Below are positions 39,879-52,949 of a stretch of DNA of 64,000 nt, in pieces. The stretch covers positions 175,026,001 through 175,090,000 of the forward strand of contig OX597814.1 in the NCBI GenBank assembly GCA_951406725.2, given 5' to 3'. This DNA is from Octopus vulgaris (taxonomy: Eukaryota). Every line of letters starts with the position of its first letter. Position 1 is the stretch's first letter. A program made the translations under genes and the position numbers. Below the pieces are notes generated by a model. The model saw nothing but the letters and a program-made list of their open reading frames with translations, made no database searches and had not been told where the DNA came from.

Positions 39879-40682
39879 CAGTTGGAAAAGAAAGAGGGAT
39901 GAATAGAGAGAGAAAATGGTGAAGATGTGTCAAGGCATACTCTCAACTTATAAGGTGTATGTAAGCGAAGTGGTACAAAGGATTAAATAGGGTAAGTGGG
40001 TAGGTAAATTCGCAAGAGTGCAAAAGGGAAGTGGGAGGAGGTAGGGCTCTACAGTGATATACATATATGTATGATAGATCAATTTACACTTAAATACAAC
40101 CACACACTCTTTTTCTAAGATATACAAACATATACTTGTGTATATATACATGCACATATTTATACATACTTACACATGCCTACACACACATCATCATCAT
40201 ACATAAAAATATATACATATGCATATACCTCCCCACCACACAGTGAAACATTTAGATATATTGATGTAGATATATAAACAATTATATGCATAGAATATCA
40301 GATATTTATTGACATATACACACCTACTTGTGCATATAAGCAGTGTCTATACACAAATATATCAACAAAATATTTAGATACTGTGCATTTATGAAATGTG
40401 TCAGGAATGCATAAAAACATAAAATGATGCAGTATTCTATAATCAAAAACACTATAAAGCAAATGATATATAGACCTCATAAAAGTAACATGTTAATAAA
40501 ATTAATAGAAAACCCTACAATACAATATAACAGAAACATCAAAGTGCAGATGAGTATTTAGTAATAATCAATATGTGATCAAATGAAATCATTAAGATAT
40601 ATAAGAATAATCAATTACATCACCATAGGTATAAGTTGAGTGTCTATGCATATGTAACTATATATGTAGTTTTGTGTGTGTG

Positions 40683-40715
<33 letters not shown>

Positions 40716-40739
40716 ATATACACACTTGCATACACATGC

Positions 40740-42655
40740 ATGAAGTCATAGCCAACGATTGGTGTAGCAGCATCATAGTCACCTGCTACAAAGGCAAAGG
40801 TGACACTTAAGACAGGAATAATTACAGAGGCATCAAACTTCTGGACCAGGCGATGAAAGTCACAGAGAGGGTCATAACCCAATTAATTAGGGAGCGAATT
40901 AGCATAGATGAGATGCTGTTTGGATTTGTGCTAGACAGGAGCACGACTGACGCTGTATTCATAGTTAGGTAACTGCAGGAGAAATATCTAGTCAAAAATA
41001 AGCCCCTGTACCTGACTTTTGTCGACATGGTGAAAGCCATGGACAGTCTCCTGCTCCATTATCTAGCAGTCAATACAGAAGCTAGGGATAGATGAGTGGT
41101 TGGTGAGAGCTGTACAAGCCATGTGCAGGGATGCTGTCAGTAAGGTGAAGGTTAGCAATGAGTATAATGAGAAATTCAGGGTACAAGTAGAGGTTCACCA
41201 AAGATCAGTTCTCAGCTCACTCTTGTTCATCCATGTCCTCTGAGCAATAACAGAGGCATTTAAGACAGGTTACCCTTAGGAGCTTCTCTACACTGATGAC
41301 ATTGTTCTTATAGCCAAATCCCTACCTTAACCAGATTAGAAATATCAGCCATGGCAGCAAGATCTAGAATCAAAGGACCTTAGAGTTAATCTAGCAAAAA
41401 CCAAAGTCTTAGTAAGTAGGAGAGCAGACAAATCACAAATCCCTTCAGGTAGATGACCCTGCTCTATCTGTAGGAAAAGTGTTGGTAGAAACTCCATAAG
41501 ATGTACTTGGTGCAAGCTATGGACACATAAGGGGTGCAGCAATATCAAAGGATGGTCAACTGGAAAAGTGGTTTGTGTGTGGATGATGCACAGATACAAT
41601 AAACACTGAAAATGTACAGAAAATAGACCTCATCAACCTCCAGGTGGGTAAGCTAGAGGTAATAGATATCTTCTGTTATCTTGGTGACCAAGTTAGTAGT
41701 GGGGGTAGATGCTCCTAGAGTATAGCTATGAGAATACGAATAGGCTGGGGAAAGTTCAGAGAGCTCTTACCTCTGCTGGCAACAAAGCGCCTCTCTCTCA
41801 GTGAAAGGCAGATTGTATGATGCCTGTGTGTGAACAGCTATGCTACATGGCAGTGAAACATGGGCTGTGATAGCTGAGGACATGCATAACCTTGAAAAAA
41901 AAAATGAAGCTAGTATGTTTTACTGGATGTGCAATGTCAAATGCATGTATGACAGTGTAAGCATCTTGAGAAGTTGGGCATGAAAGGCATAGGTTGCAAT
42001 GTGCAAGAGAGACAACTGTGCTGGTATGGTCATGTGATGCATGTGGACAAGGACAGCTGTGTAAAGAAGTGCTGATCTCTAATTGTGGAGGGAACCTGTG
42101 ATAGAAGTAGACCTAGGAGGACATGGGATGAGGTGGTGAAGCATGATCTTCGAACATTGGGCCTCATGGAGGCAATGACTAGTGACTAAGACCTTTGGCA
42201 ATAAGGCATACTTGAGGAGACCCGTTAAGCCAAGTGAAATTGTAGTTGTGGGCCAATGTTGGTGTCATGTAACTGGTGCTGGTGGCATGTAAAAAGCACC
42301 TTTTGAGTGTTGGGCCTCATGGAGACAAGGTGGCTGATGCTGGTGGCATGTGAATAGTACCTTTTGAGTGTTAGGCCTCATGAAGGCAATGACCAAGACC
42401 TTTGGTATTATACCATGATTGAAAAGACTCATCAAGCCAAGTGAAATCGTAGTTGTGGCAGATACTGGTGTCATGCAAATAGCACCCATGCCAGTGGCAT
42501 GTAAAAGCACCCATTACACTCTTAGAGTGATTGGTGTTAGGAAGGGCATTCAGCTGTAGAAACCTTGCCAAGTCAGCCTAAAGTCTGGTACAGCTTGCCA
42601 GCCCTAGTCAGACAGTCCAACTCATGTCAGCATGGACAGTGAACATTAAATGATA
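40740..42655 (+). mobile_element. RTE LINE, longer but more decayed copy
   Basis: NDWCSSIIVTCYKGKGD, NYRGIKLLDQ, FGFVLDRSTTDAVFIVR, LYLTFVDMVKA, then colinear with 27335-28951; 3' UTR with duplicated modules. Confidence 0.93.
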
Positions 42656-42775
42656 TGTACATATTTGTATAGGCCTACTCAGCAATAAATGTAGTCATAG
42701 AGATGATCAAGCTATTGCTGAAAGGGTAACTTGTGGTCAGTGTGGAATGACTTGTAGGTTCCTTGCAGGCCTTAA

Positions 42776-42997
42776 CCCTTTCGTTACTGTATTTATTTTG
42801 AGATGCTCTGTGTTTCTTTCAATTAATTTTAAATATAACAAAGAATTTAGTAAAATAACTTAGTTATCATTCAGCTAATGTTAGGAACATAAATTGTGAC
42901 TAAGGTTTGGTGGAAGATTTTAATTCAAAACTTATGAAAACAAGGCATTTGTTACTCAAAGCCAGAGGCGGTTTCGGACAGGTTGGTAACGAAAGGG
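42776..42997. mobile_element. piggyBac-type MITE (222 bp)
   Basis: TTAA TSD on both sides (42772-42775, 42998-43001); perfect 12-bp TIR CCCTTTCGTTAC / GTAACGAAAGGG. Confidence 0.9.
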
Positions 42998-43818
42998 TTA
43001 AGAGCCATATCAGATGCCATCAGTTATGGGGAGACCAAATGTGAAATGGGTTTAAGAAGAGGTCTTACTTGGTCATGAGTCACATTCTATATGTATGTAT
43101 ATATACATGTATGTGTGTGTGCATGGGATGTTTCATGTTTTTGCATGATTTCTGTGGTTGAATTTACTCATACCAACTGTTTTACATAGTGTACTGGGTG
43201 TATTTTATATTGGCACCGGCACAAGAGATGTAGACATTGATTTTGAAGTTTAAACTTTTTTGTAAAATTTTAGTTTTTCAATGTTTTTGTATAATTTCTT
43301 GTTCATTTTGTGGTTGATGCATAACTAAGAAAGTAGGTGGGATATAGTGTATTTTTTGTGGCTTATAAAGGTGAGCAGAAATAAATTGTGAAGAAAGCAG
43401 TAGTTGGAGAATATTGAGGAAAGAAGCTGGACATTTATAAGGTGGTGGCAGAGAGGAAGCAAAGACTAAGGAAGATATTCTTCTGGCTGAGTAGGGATCC
43501 TTACTTTTCTTCATGTTAGGTAGTGAGGATTATTTTTATATTATAGTTTGGTTTCATTTAGACATCTATGTAAACACAGGTGTTATGTGGTTTGCATGAT
43601 CATTTGCATTCAAGCACACTGTCAGCTGAGCAAGAGTTTTTCTTTAAACACTGGCTTTGTAAATATAGAAGAATTTTAGTAATTGTTTAAATATTTCATT
43701 GGTAGTAAATGAACTTAGACACACACAAGTATTACTACAAATTTTATCTGCATCCTTGCAAGTTAGTACTCATGTCTTCATAAATATGTGTGTGTGTATG
43801 TGTGTATATAAATATATA

Positions 43819-44625
43819 TAGGGCCATCCCATAATGTGATTTTTTTTTTATTCAGAGAGGGGGGGGGCAGATAAACTACCTGCATCAACTTGCTATAAAA
43901 GCAGGTAGTAATTTTATCTGGCTTTTATTCTTAGTGTAAGTTTTGAAGAGTGCAGTACAATTTTAAGTTATTTTTTCAAAGCTATAACAGAAGTGACAAA
44001 GGAGCATATTCAGCATATTTTGCTTCATGAGTTCAATAAAGGCAACAACACAATGGAAAGTGCGAGGAATATTAATGCAGTATATGGGGATTGAACAATA
44101 AGCGAAAGTCAGTGTCAATGGTGGTTCCAGAAATTTCAAGTCCGAAACTACAGCCTAGAAGACAACCCTTGTTCTGGAAGATCTGTAAAGCTCGATGAGG
44201 ATGTCCTGCAAACCCTGGTGGAACAAAATCTCACCGTAACTGTTGAACTAGATTAGAAGCTTGGATTTGGTCATTCAACCTTTCATCAACACCTGTGTGC
44301 CATCGGAAATGTCAGCAAATTGAGTCAATTTCTGAGTCTAATCACATGCAGAAAGTGAATGTGTGCTTTTCTTTGCCATCATGTCTCACGAATGAACCTT
44401 TTTTGGACTGAATAGTGAATGTTGACGAGAAACGGGTTCTCTATAAAAATGTCAGACATTGAAGACAGGGGGAAGGGAAAGGAGAAACACTGGCACCCCA
44501 GGCTAAAGAAGGTCTTCACCCACGTAAGATGTCATCTTTCGTGGGATATGAAAGGTTTAGTCCACTTTGAACTTTTAAACCCAAACCAAACAATAACAAA
44601 GGAGATCTGTGAGCAGAGTTTTCTA
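43819..44625 (+). mobile_element. mariner transposase relic (Hsmar1/cecropia-like), 3'-truncated
   Basis: EHIQHILLHEFNKGNNTMESARNINAVYG...QWWFQKFQ...YSLED...GRSVKLDEDVLQTLVEQN; later WDMKGLVHFELLNPNQTITKEIC. Confidence 0.82.
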
Positions 44626-45310
44626 TTTGAGTTATAGAATGTATGCATGTGTTGGTTGTATCTTGTTTTGAATTCAATAACAGTCAAACCTATTTTTGAA
44701 ACAGAAGTTGGTGTTATAGCATAAGTGATTAACACTGTGCCATAGGTTGTTATTAACAAGGCAGTTTCTATTCGGAGGGCAGGATTAAGAAATGTTTCAA
44801 TTACAATTTGTTGGGTTAGGTGTGACATTTTGGTTTTCATATTTAGATAATTTAACTGATTGTAATTAGCAATAGCTTTTCTGCAAAATTGCTTATAATA
44901 TTCTAATATTATGTTTGTACCAAGTTGTGATACTCACAGTTAGCCGGTCTTTCTGTAGGATACTGAAGCATAAGCTGTCTATAACTGTTGGGAGTTGTAT
45001 GTTGATGGGTGGACTGAATAAAATGTATTTTTTTATTTGATATTGTTTTATTTGTGTATTGAACTTTGTCACTGTACCTGCTATTATGAAGTGCTTGTTC
45101 TAAAGTGTTGCGATTTTCTTGAATACAGGTTTATTGGATAACAGAATCTTAAATGTTCTTAACTAGGTTTTTAATATATTGGGGTGGTTGAAGAATTTAT
45201 GAATTGGATTTTTTATTATTTTTTTTTTTTAATTTTTAAAAATAAGTTTTATCTATGGATGGTTCTGAGTTGATGTCTATGAAGTTAACTGCTTTAAGAT
45301 GTATGGCAAT
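44626..45310 (-). mobile_element. Penelope-like element remnant (RT thumb, linker and GIY-YIG endonuclease)
   Basis: IGLTVIEFKTRYNQHMHTF matches the PLE GIY-YIG motif YIG-x-T-x-x-x-FK-x-RY-x-x-H; upstream minus-strand IHKFFNHPNIL and EQALHNSRY resemble S-x-HPP and AL-x-x-SGY. Confidence 0.65.
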
Positions 45311-46569
45311 TGTAATAGAAAATCCTAAGATTCTCTCTCTCGTCCTTCCCATCTCTACTGGATCATTATTACAATTTTGCTGTTTTTCACTCTCCCCACT
45401 TTTTTGCACTACTTACCTGCCCTAATTTGTGTCATTGTTCATACCTTATTTACCATTTACTACAGCCATCCCTCACTCATGTCCTATTTTTGCAGTTTTC
45501 ATCTGCTTTCTTTCTTTCTTATCCTTTGATGCTTAATTTTCATAGTATTTCACCTTCTCATCCATTCATATTTCTAACCATCTCTCACTCTTCTATATGC
45601 TTCTGCAACTACCCACCCTCACTCCCTGTTATGTCCTTACCTACCTTGTATCAAGGGGATCCACCTTGACATTGCTTCACCATTATTTTTATCTTCTCTG
45701 CTCCACCTTGACTACTCTCATTCTCTCTTCTATGTGTGTAGCTATGTATCTCTTCTACAGTAAGAAACTTATTCTGTTCTGGCCTTTTATTTCATACTTT
45801 AACTCCTTATCTAACATAAAGCCACCTCCCCTTCTTGACTGTTGCTCCATTCAGACAAAAGGGATCTTAGTCTTGCAATCTGCATGATGACTTTACTAGT
45901 GCTGGTGTCATGAAAAAAGCACTCAGTACATGCTTAAAGTGGTTGCTGTTTGGAAGGGCATCCTGTCATAGAAACCATGCTAAAGCAAACATTGGAGCAT
46001 GATGCAGTCTTCAGATTTGCTAGATCCTGTCAAACTATCCAAGCCATGCCAACATGGATATGTAATGATGATGTTAATCATGACTCTAATCCAAAATTGA
46101 TGAATTTAAAGCTTGTTCTATTTATGTCAAGATTCGAAAAATACCCCCCCCCCCAAAAAAAAAATTTAATAGCTTTTAATTTAATAGCTGTTAGAAAATT
46201 TCATACTACCACCAATTATCTACTTATACATTATTTCTATGCAATATAATTGCATTTATAATTATTTACTTTCCAAAAAATTTGTTCTGATTTATGCAAT
46301 ATTTTTAAATTAATACATTTCCGCTTAAACAATTTAATCTAAAATATAAATGGTAACCAATTCATTTAATTGAGTTGCATCAAATTTTATTGTTAACAAG
46401 CTGTTAAGATATTTGAATTTACATTTTTATTTTTTACATCAGTACATTCTTAGTATTGTTTTCATTTGTATAGACAATTTGATTCATTCAAAAATACATA
46501 AAAAAAGATTTTTTAAAAAATTGGCTATTTTAAAATTTTAAAAATTTTTTTATAATTCTATCTTTTCAG

Positions 46570-46659
46570 CAACCACTCCATGGTTTGAGGCATATCGGGA
46601 ATGTTTTCTTCATTTACTGCCGCCATCTGATCATGAATTCCTGAACCATTCTATTGCAT
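46570..46659 (+). CDS. TRAPPC8: TRAPPC8 coding exon 3
   Basis: Acceptor tcttttcag; (A)TTPWFEAYRECFLHLLPPSDHEFLNHSIA matches ATTPWFESYRETFLQSMPASDHEFLNHYLAC; 90 nt; followed by the U12-type donor GTATCCTT. Not in the ORF track. Confidence 0.93.
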
Positions 46660-48739
46660 GTATCCTTAAAATACCACATTGTCATCTTTTTAATATATTA
46701 GCATCTTTCTTGAAGAAAGATGTTTTATTTTAGGGAATTAGAAAGAAAGTACTTAAAGTTTTGGACTATTCTTTTGTATTGAAATTGTTTGGCTTAAATT
46801 TCATCTTGAGAAAATGACCTTGACATTCGAGATATAGCTTTAACTTGTTTCAGTCATTGGACTGTGACTTTCCAGAAGCAGCTCTTTGAAGGGTTTTAGT
46901 TAAACAAATCAACCCCAGTATTTAATTTTTTTTAGTCTGGTCTTTATTCTATCAGTCTCTTTTTGCGAAACTGCTAAATTATGAGGACATTAACAAACAC
47001 CAGTTGTCAGTCAGTGAGTGGGGCAATAAACACACACACACACACACTATATCATTATTGTTTAATGTTCACCTTCCATGCTGATATGGGTTGGAAGGTT
47101 TGACAGGAGCTGGCCAGGAAGGGGCCTGCACCAGACTTCTGTGTATTTTTATGGCTGTACACACACACACACAAAACTGGCTTCCACACAGTTTCTGTCT
47201 ATGAAATTCACTCACAAGACATTGGTTAGCTCAGGGCTATAATAGAAGCCACTTGTCCAAGGTGCTGCACAGTGGGAATGAACCCAAAGCCACGTTATTG
47301 CAAAGCAAGCTTTTTAACCATGCAACCATCCCTCTAGATATTTAACACATTAAAATTTTTTATTTTGAAATTCACTTAAACTTTTCTTTTTTTATTGAGA
47401 TTTTTTATCAATAAGATAATAGTACTTATATAGGATAACTGATATTATAAAATCATGTTTGTTTCTATGAGAAATTGCTATAAAAAAACAGACTGCTTTA
47501 GAGATATCTGAATATTTATAAATGATCATTTATTTGGATATTTATAAATATCTATTTCTATAAATGGAAATAGACTTTCAAAGGTAAACTGGACATGCAC
47601 ATGAGTATTTGGGGAATTGTTATATTTTCTAAACAAGTTATGTGAAGAATTTATTCTGATAAAATAATTTAAAAATTATATCTTTTTAAAATGTTGTTTT
47701 TGTTCCTTAGTTGAATAATTTACAATTATATTTTAATCAAAGATCCATAAGTACTGTTACTGAACATTATGATCATCAATTTGAGGCAGAAAATATCAAT
47801 AGATTCACTGACAGTCTGTGAGACTATTGGTCTTTTTTGTCTTAAACCTTTCACATTATAATCTTGGCATAAGCCAGAGATAGTGTTGACACTGTGGTTG
47901 TGTATTGGTGCAGGTGTGGCTGTGTGGTTAAGAAGTTTGCTTCCCTACCATATGCTCTTGGGTTCAATCCCACTGTATGGCACCTTTACAAGTGTTTTCT
48001 TCTATAGCTTCAGGCCAATCAAAGTCCTGTGAGTGAATTTTGACTGATGAGTGTACAAGTTAAATTAGCAGAAGAGAAAAAACTAAAGTAATATAGATTA
48101 TGCTATGCTGAAGAAAGGGAAGCTGTTCTTCATTATTTCAACATGGAAGGCAACAGATACCAATATGAATGAGCTTAAGGTTCAGTGTTTTTTATTTGTT
48201 GCCAGATCAGTGCTTGACTACTTTTTTCCTCCAGTGAAACTGGATCTCCTGAAAGATTTTTTTATCAAAAAAGCTAATTCATTGGGATTGTCCATATCAC
48301 CAATTTGTTATATATTTGTAGATCTTATTTAATAGTAACATTTATTGAATCTCAGAATTTGGCTATTTTAATAAAGCTATATTGATTGAGGCAGAAAACC
48401 AGAAATTTTTGTTTTTAATCAGTTATAACTGAAGTGTATGTACAGTGACATATTTATATTTTAACTGGTCAATGGGAAGATATATTAAACATTAGCATTA
48501 GTAAAAGGAAAAAAAATGATTTCCTACTTAAGTGGAAGGACCTACATTCATACCAGAAGGGAATGAATGAAGTGTTCGTCTTTATTGATAGGAATAGTAT
48601 AAAGAAATGAAAGAAAATGCATGGCCAATATTTTTATAACTGGCTTTATTGAAGTATATATGTAAAAGATAAAAGAAATGGAGAGAATGATCTTTGTTTT
48701 TCTTTTTTTTGTGACTATTTCTCCTTAACACCAATCTAG
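46660..48739 (+). other. U12-type (minor spliceosome) GT-AG intron, TRAPPC8 intron 3
   Basis: 5' splice site GTATCCTT (46660-46667); branch site TCCTTAAC (48722-48729) ending 10 nt before the exon; no polypyrimidine tract between branch site and TAG. Confidence 0.92.
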
Positions 48740-48914
48740 GTATGTTTGTTGTGTCTTCTGGTCACACAGATCCAGTAGGTGTCTTCAATACTTTGTCACA
48801 ACAACAGAGCCAACAGCATAATCAATTTCCTAACAAACTGCCTAAATGGTTCTGTCCAAATATTCTAAAGTACTATGTGTTATTACATGATGTTGTGGAA
48901 GGAGAACAAGCAAA
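48740..48914 (+). CDS. TRAPPC8: TRAPPC8 coding exon 4
   Basis: (C)MFVVSSGHTDPVGVFNTLSQQQSQQHNQFPNKLPKWFCPNILKYYVLLHDVVEGEQA matches PKWFIPNTLKYYVLLHDV; donor AA|GTGAGT; 175 nt, phase 1-2. Confidence 0.93.
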
Positions 48915-50592
48915 GTGAGTATCCTATCAATTCGTTTTTTTTTATCCGTTATGTGTGGAAAGAAGAGCTGTTAGGTAGGCATGTGGGAACATCTCTCATT
49001 TGGGAAATCTGCTAACACAGAAATGTTAATCTTATTGTAAGACCACTTGGATTCATGGTACTTGTATTTAACTAGTTTCATTAATGACAAGGAGGTGAGA
49101 AATATTCTCTTGGATAGAATGCTATTCTATCACATGTAGCTTTCCCAGTGAACTTTCTCCATCTAGGTAAACTAGATGAATTGTTTTCCTGGACACATCA
49201 AAATATTTACAGTAGATATGAATTTATTTGTAAGTCAGTATGTTATTGTTTTATTCAGATTTTCTAAATGTTTATAGCAGATTGGACTCTGCTAAGGACA
49301 TCCAAAGACCAGATAGTAGTGTTAAATCAGATGACAGATTAAGTCTACTACTCAAGAATAAGTTCAGTCCATTTGACAGGCTGCTGTGCAAATTCTGTAT
49401 ACTCAACTCTTTAGATTCGGGTCAGCTCGGGGCTATTGTAGAAGGCATTTGCCCAAGTAAATCTTAATAGTACCAACACTGGTGAGGTCACCAAGAACCT
49501 ACTAGACCTCACCTGAGTAGAGTATAGTATTGAGGGAAAATGCTATAATCTGAAAACAAGAAGTTACCAATGGAGCAAGCTTTAAATTATGAACCGTGTT
49601 AGTGATGGTAGTGGTGGTGGTAGTAGTGGTTAAAAATAGGACATAAATGTTGGTGGGGGTTTGTTGATGATGGTAATAGTGGTCATGATAATTTCTTTTA
49701 TAGGCACAATACTAAATAATTAAATTAACCCCTATACTTGACTGGTACTTTATTTTATCACTCCCAGAAGGATGAAAAGTAAAGTTGATCTTGGCAGGAT
49801 TTAAACTCAGAATATAAAGAGACAAGAAATACTGCTAGGCATATTGTCTGATATTTTAGCAGCTTCACAAATCCATCATCATCGATGGTAAAACTTACAT
49901 TATCTCTGTCATATTACTGAGAACTGGTCTTTGGATTTTATGAACTGTTCCTGGAGTAACATCTGTTAGCATTTTCTAGATCTTTAGACCTCAGAAAAAT
50001 ACAGTTAATTAATATTCATGCTGCCAGAATATGATGGTATTGCAAGTGATAGATATCAACTGGCTCATTTTAATATTATGATAATAACAGATTATATTGT
50101 TTGAAAGACATTTGTACTGTTTGTATATATCTGTGTATGTATGTGAACATAGTTATTTTATCTTGCATTGTTTGCTAGAGATGTCAGGAATGAAAATATT
50201 TTGATAAATTATCCAACTGACAAATATTATTTGTTGTTGTTTTATTGTTATAAGCTGAATCTATAGATTGTGCTTTTGCAAACTTTGAATTTAATATTTA
50301 CTGCCTAAACTTTAAAATCTACTGTTAAACATTGTTTTCCTTTTTTTAGTTTGCATAATTTTTGTTGTATAAAATTTGAATTGATATCAATGTCTTCCTT
50401 TCACTTTATTATTGTTGTTGCTGAAAAATCAGTAGTTTTAGTTATGCCAGAATCAGTTATTGATACTCAAGTCAAATTAATTGTCTATAACATTAATCCT
50501 CGTTTTTTCTTATTTGCTTTGTTCCTTTGTTAGACTTCATTATCATCATCATTATTATTATTATTACCATTAATATTATTACTATCACAAAG

Positions 50593-50755
50593 GGCTGAGG
50601 CTGTCTACCAGAGCATGAAAACCACATTTGGTGCCCATCTATGCCATTTACTTCAAATAAATTCCCGTTCTGTGCAAACTGCAGAAACCTTCAAGAATGA
50701 TCAAAATATGCCAGACCCATGGAGCCAATTTTTACATCGGGCACCTGAATCAAAT
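50593..50755 (+). CDS. TRAPPC8: TRAPPC8 coding exon 5
   Basis: (K)AEAVYQSMKTTFGAHLCHLLQINSRSVQTAETFKNDQNMPDPWSQFLHRAPESN matches AESIYEEMKQKYGTQGCYLLKINSR...IPDPWSQYL; acceptor cacaaag; donor AAT|GTAAGT; 163 nt, ends phase 0. Exons 1-5 total 786 nt = 262 codons in an open frame. Confidence 0.92.
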
Positions 50756-52269
50756 GTAAGTGTCCATTGTTATTTTTTACCTTATAATTTAGAAGTTCAG
50801 AATAGGTTATTTTAAGACCTTGCTAAAAGAAAATCTAAAAGTTATTTGATACGGTGTTATTTAAAATTCTTGAAAAGTTTCTTAATGCATGTAGCAGAAT
50901 ATTTTGAAATTATGTTCTCCTTTCAAGGATGAGTGTTTCTCTCAAAATTCTTCAAACTGAGTATTAGGTTTTTCTGAGTAAATATATCTCTGCTGAGTGA
51001 AGTTTTTGGATTTTTTTCCTATTAAGTGTGTGTTTGTGTATACATACAGACCTTTGTTACATTTTCACCAATATCCAAATAAATTTTAACATAGCTCATC
51101 TGTTTGGCTTATGCTTTTTCATTTCCAAGACAATTTTATGTACTTGTTTTTTATCTTCACCTTAAAATCACTCAGAGTAATAATAGATGGATGTTTTTAA
51201 AACCTTGTTTTTTTTTATAATATATACATATATTTATGAATGTGTATATGTTTATGCATACATAAATATACACTTAATCATTTTGAAATGTCCAAAAAGT
51301 TTTCTTTCTAAGGTAATAACCATGTTATTTATATTGATAAAATTCTTATTACACTGCCATGGTTTAGGGAGTTAGTAGATATGCAATTAGTAACATTTCT
51401 TGTGTAATATAAGTATTTACATTACATACATACTGACATCTATACAGTGAACAACAATAACATTAATATTATTAAAAGAAATTCAGGACTGTTCTTTTCA
51501 AATGAGTTAGTGTATTTCAAAAATATTATGTCTTTAGAATAGTAAACATTTAAAAAAAAATAATAAATATAAGAACTACTGTAAATATTCATAAGAATGC
51601 TAATTAGCTTAATTCCTTAGCTTAAATGTAACCAAACAATAGTTTCAGTTCCTGAATGCTATATGATTTGAGAAAAGATTAAAAAAGAATTGCTAATTGT
51701 TGTATAATTTTTATACATTCTTAATTATTCAGCTGAATTAAAATCTTCAGTTATAATGTTAAGTGCATAATCATTTTGAAGGGATACTTTGTTCTAATAC
51801 TAATAATCTTATAGGTTACTGAAATATGCACATAAAAATACATGTAGTGTGTGTGTATGTGCAATGTGGAGTATGCAGAGAGAATAATTCTTTTTGTACA
51901 TTATGCTGGACATGTTTTACTCTGTTGGCGTGAATTATATGACATGCTTTCTTAAATAGTGAGTTGTTGGAGTGAGTGAATGTAGCTATTGAAGATGATT
52001 GTTGTAGCTAGTTACAGATTCATCACCTACTTTCACCATGCTGAAATAGAGATGATTTGTCTTAGAAACAGGTTTGTTGTCAAAAATCATGTGCAAATTC
52101 GGAATAGTCTTCCTGTTGAAACCGAAAACTGTATGTAAAAAAATGCTTTCCTTGTATAATTATACATCTACAAATATATATATAATTTTCAGCAGTTACC
52201 AGCTGATAATAATGTACTGAAACAATTTGAAATAAAGCCTGTCCATTCCCCCTTATATAAAAATTCTTA

Positions 52270-52908
52270 GACACACACACTCACACACACACTGCACATT
52301 CACAGACACATGCACATACACACACTAACACATGCACACTCTAACACACTCACGCTGTAAAACACATACATGCTCTAAAACACATACACACTCCAAAACA
52401 CAGTTATACATAGTTACATACACTACAGTTACACACACAGAGAAACTTACATGCATGCATGCACACACTGACATGCACACAGACACACTTGCACACACTC
52501 TCCAGCACACGCATGCACACTTGTGCATACATTCACACAAACATGCACTTGTGCACACAAGCACTTGCATACACTCACACTTGCATGCACACTTGTGGGA
52601 AGACAAGCAGTTGTGTGCACACAGAAGCACCTGTGTGCACACATACTGGCACACACACCCATGCGTGCACATGCACACACGCTTGCACACACACAGTTGC
52701 ACACACACATGCACACACCAACTTGCACATATACACATATGTGCTTGCATGCACACACATGCTTGCACACACACACACATGCTTTCACACACACCCACTT
52801 GCACACATGCTTTCACACACACACATGCTTTCACACACACACACACTTGCACACACATGCTTTCACACACACACATATACACATACACGCTTACACATAC
52901 ACACACAA
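52270..52908. repeat. Degenerate CA/TG-rich low-complexity tract (ACACAC/TGCAC variants)
   Basis: Directly visible; stop-poor, which generates six overlapping His/Thr or Cys/Val ORFs. Confidence 0.92.
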
Positions 52909-52949
52909 GATTGCTGAATCTGAAGGAAGAGGCAGTACTTTTGGCTTTG

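Noticed and set aside
48919-48926. U12-like GTATCCTA 4 nt inside intron 4
   Set aside because: Using it creates an immediate TGA stop, the intron has no U12 branch site near its end, and the canonical GTGAGT donor fits the frame.
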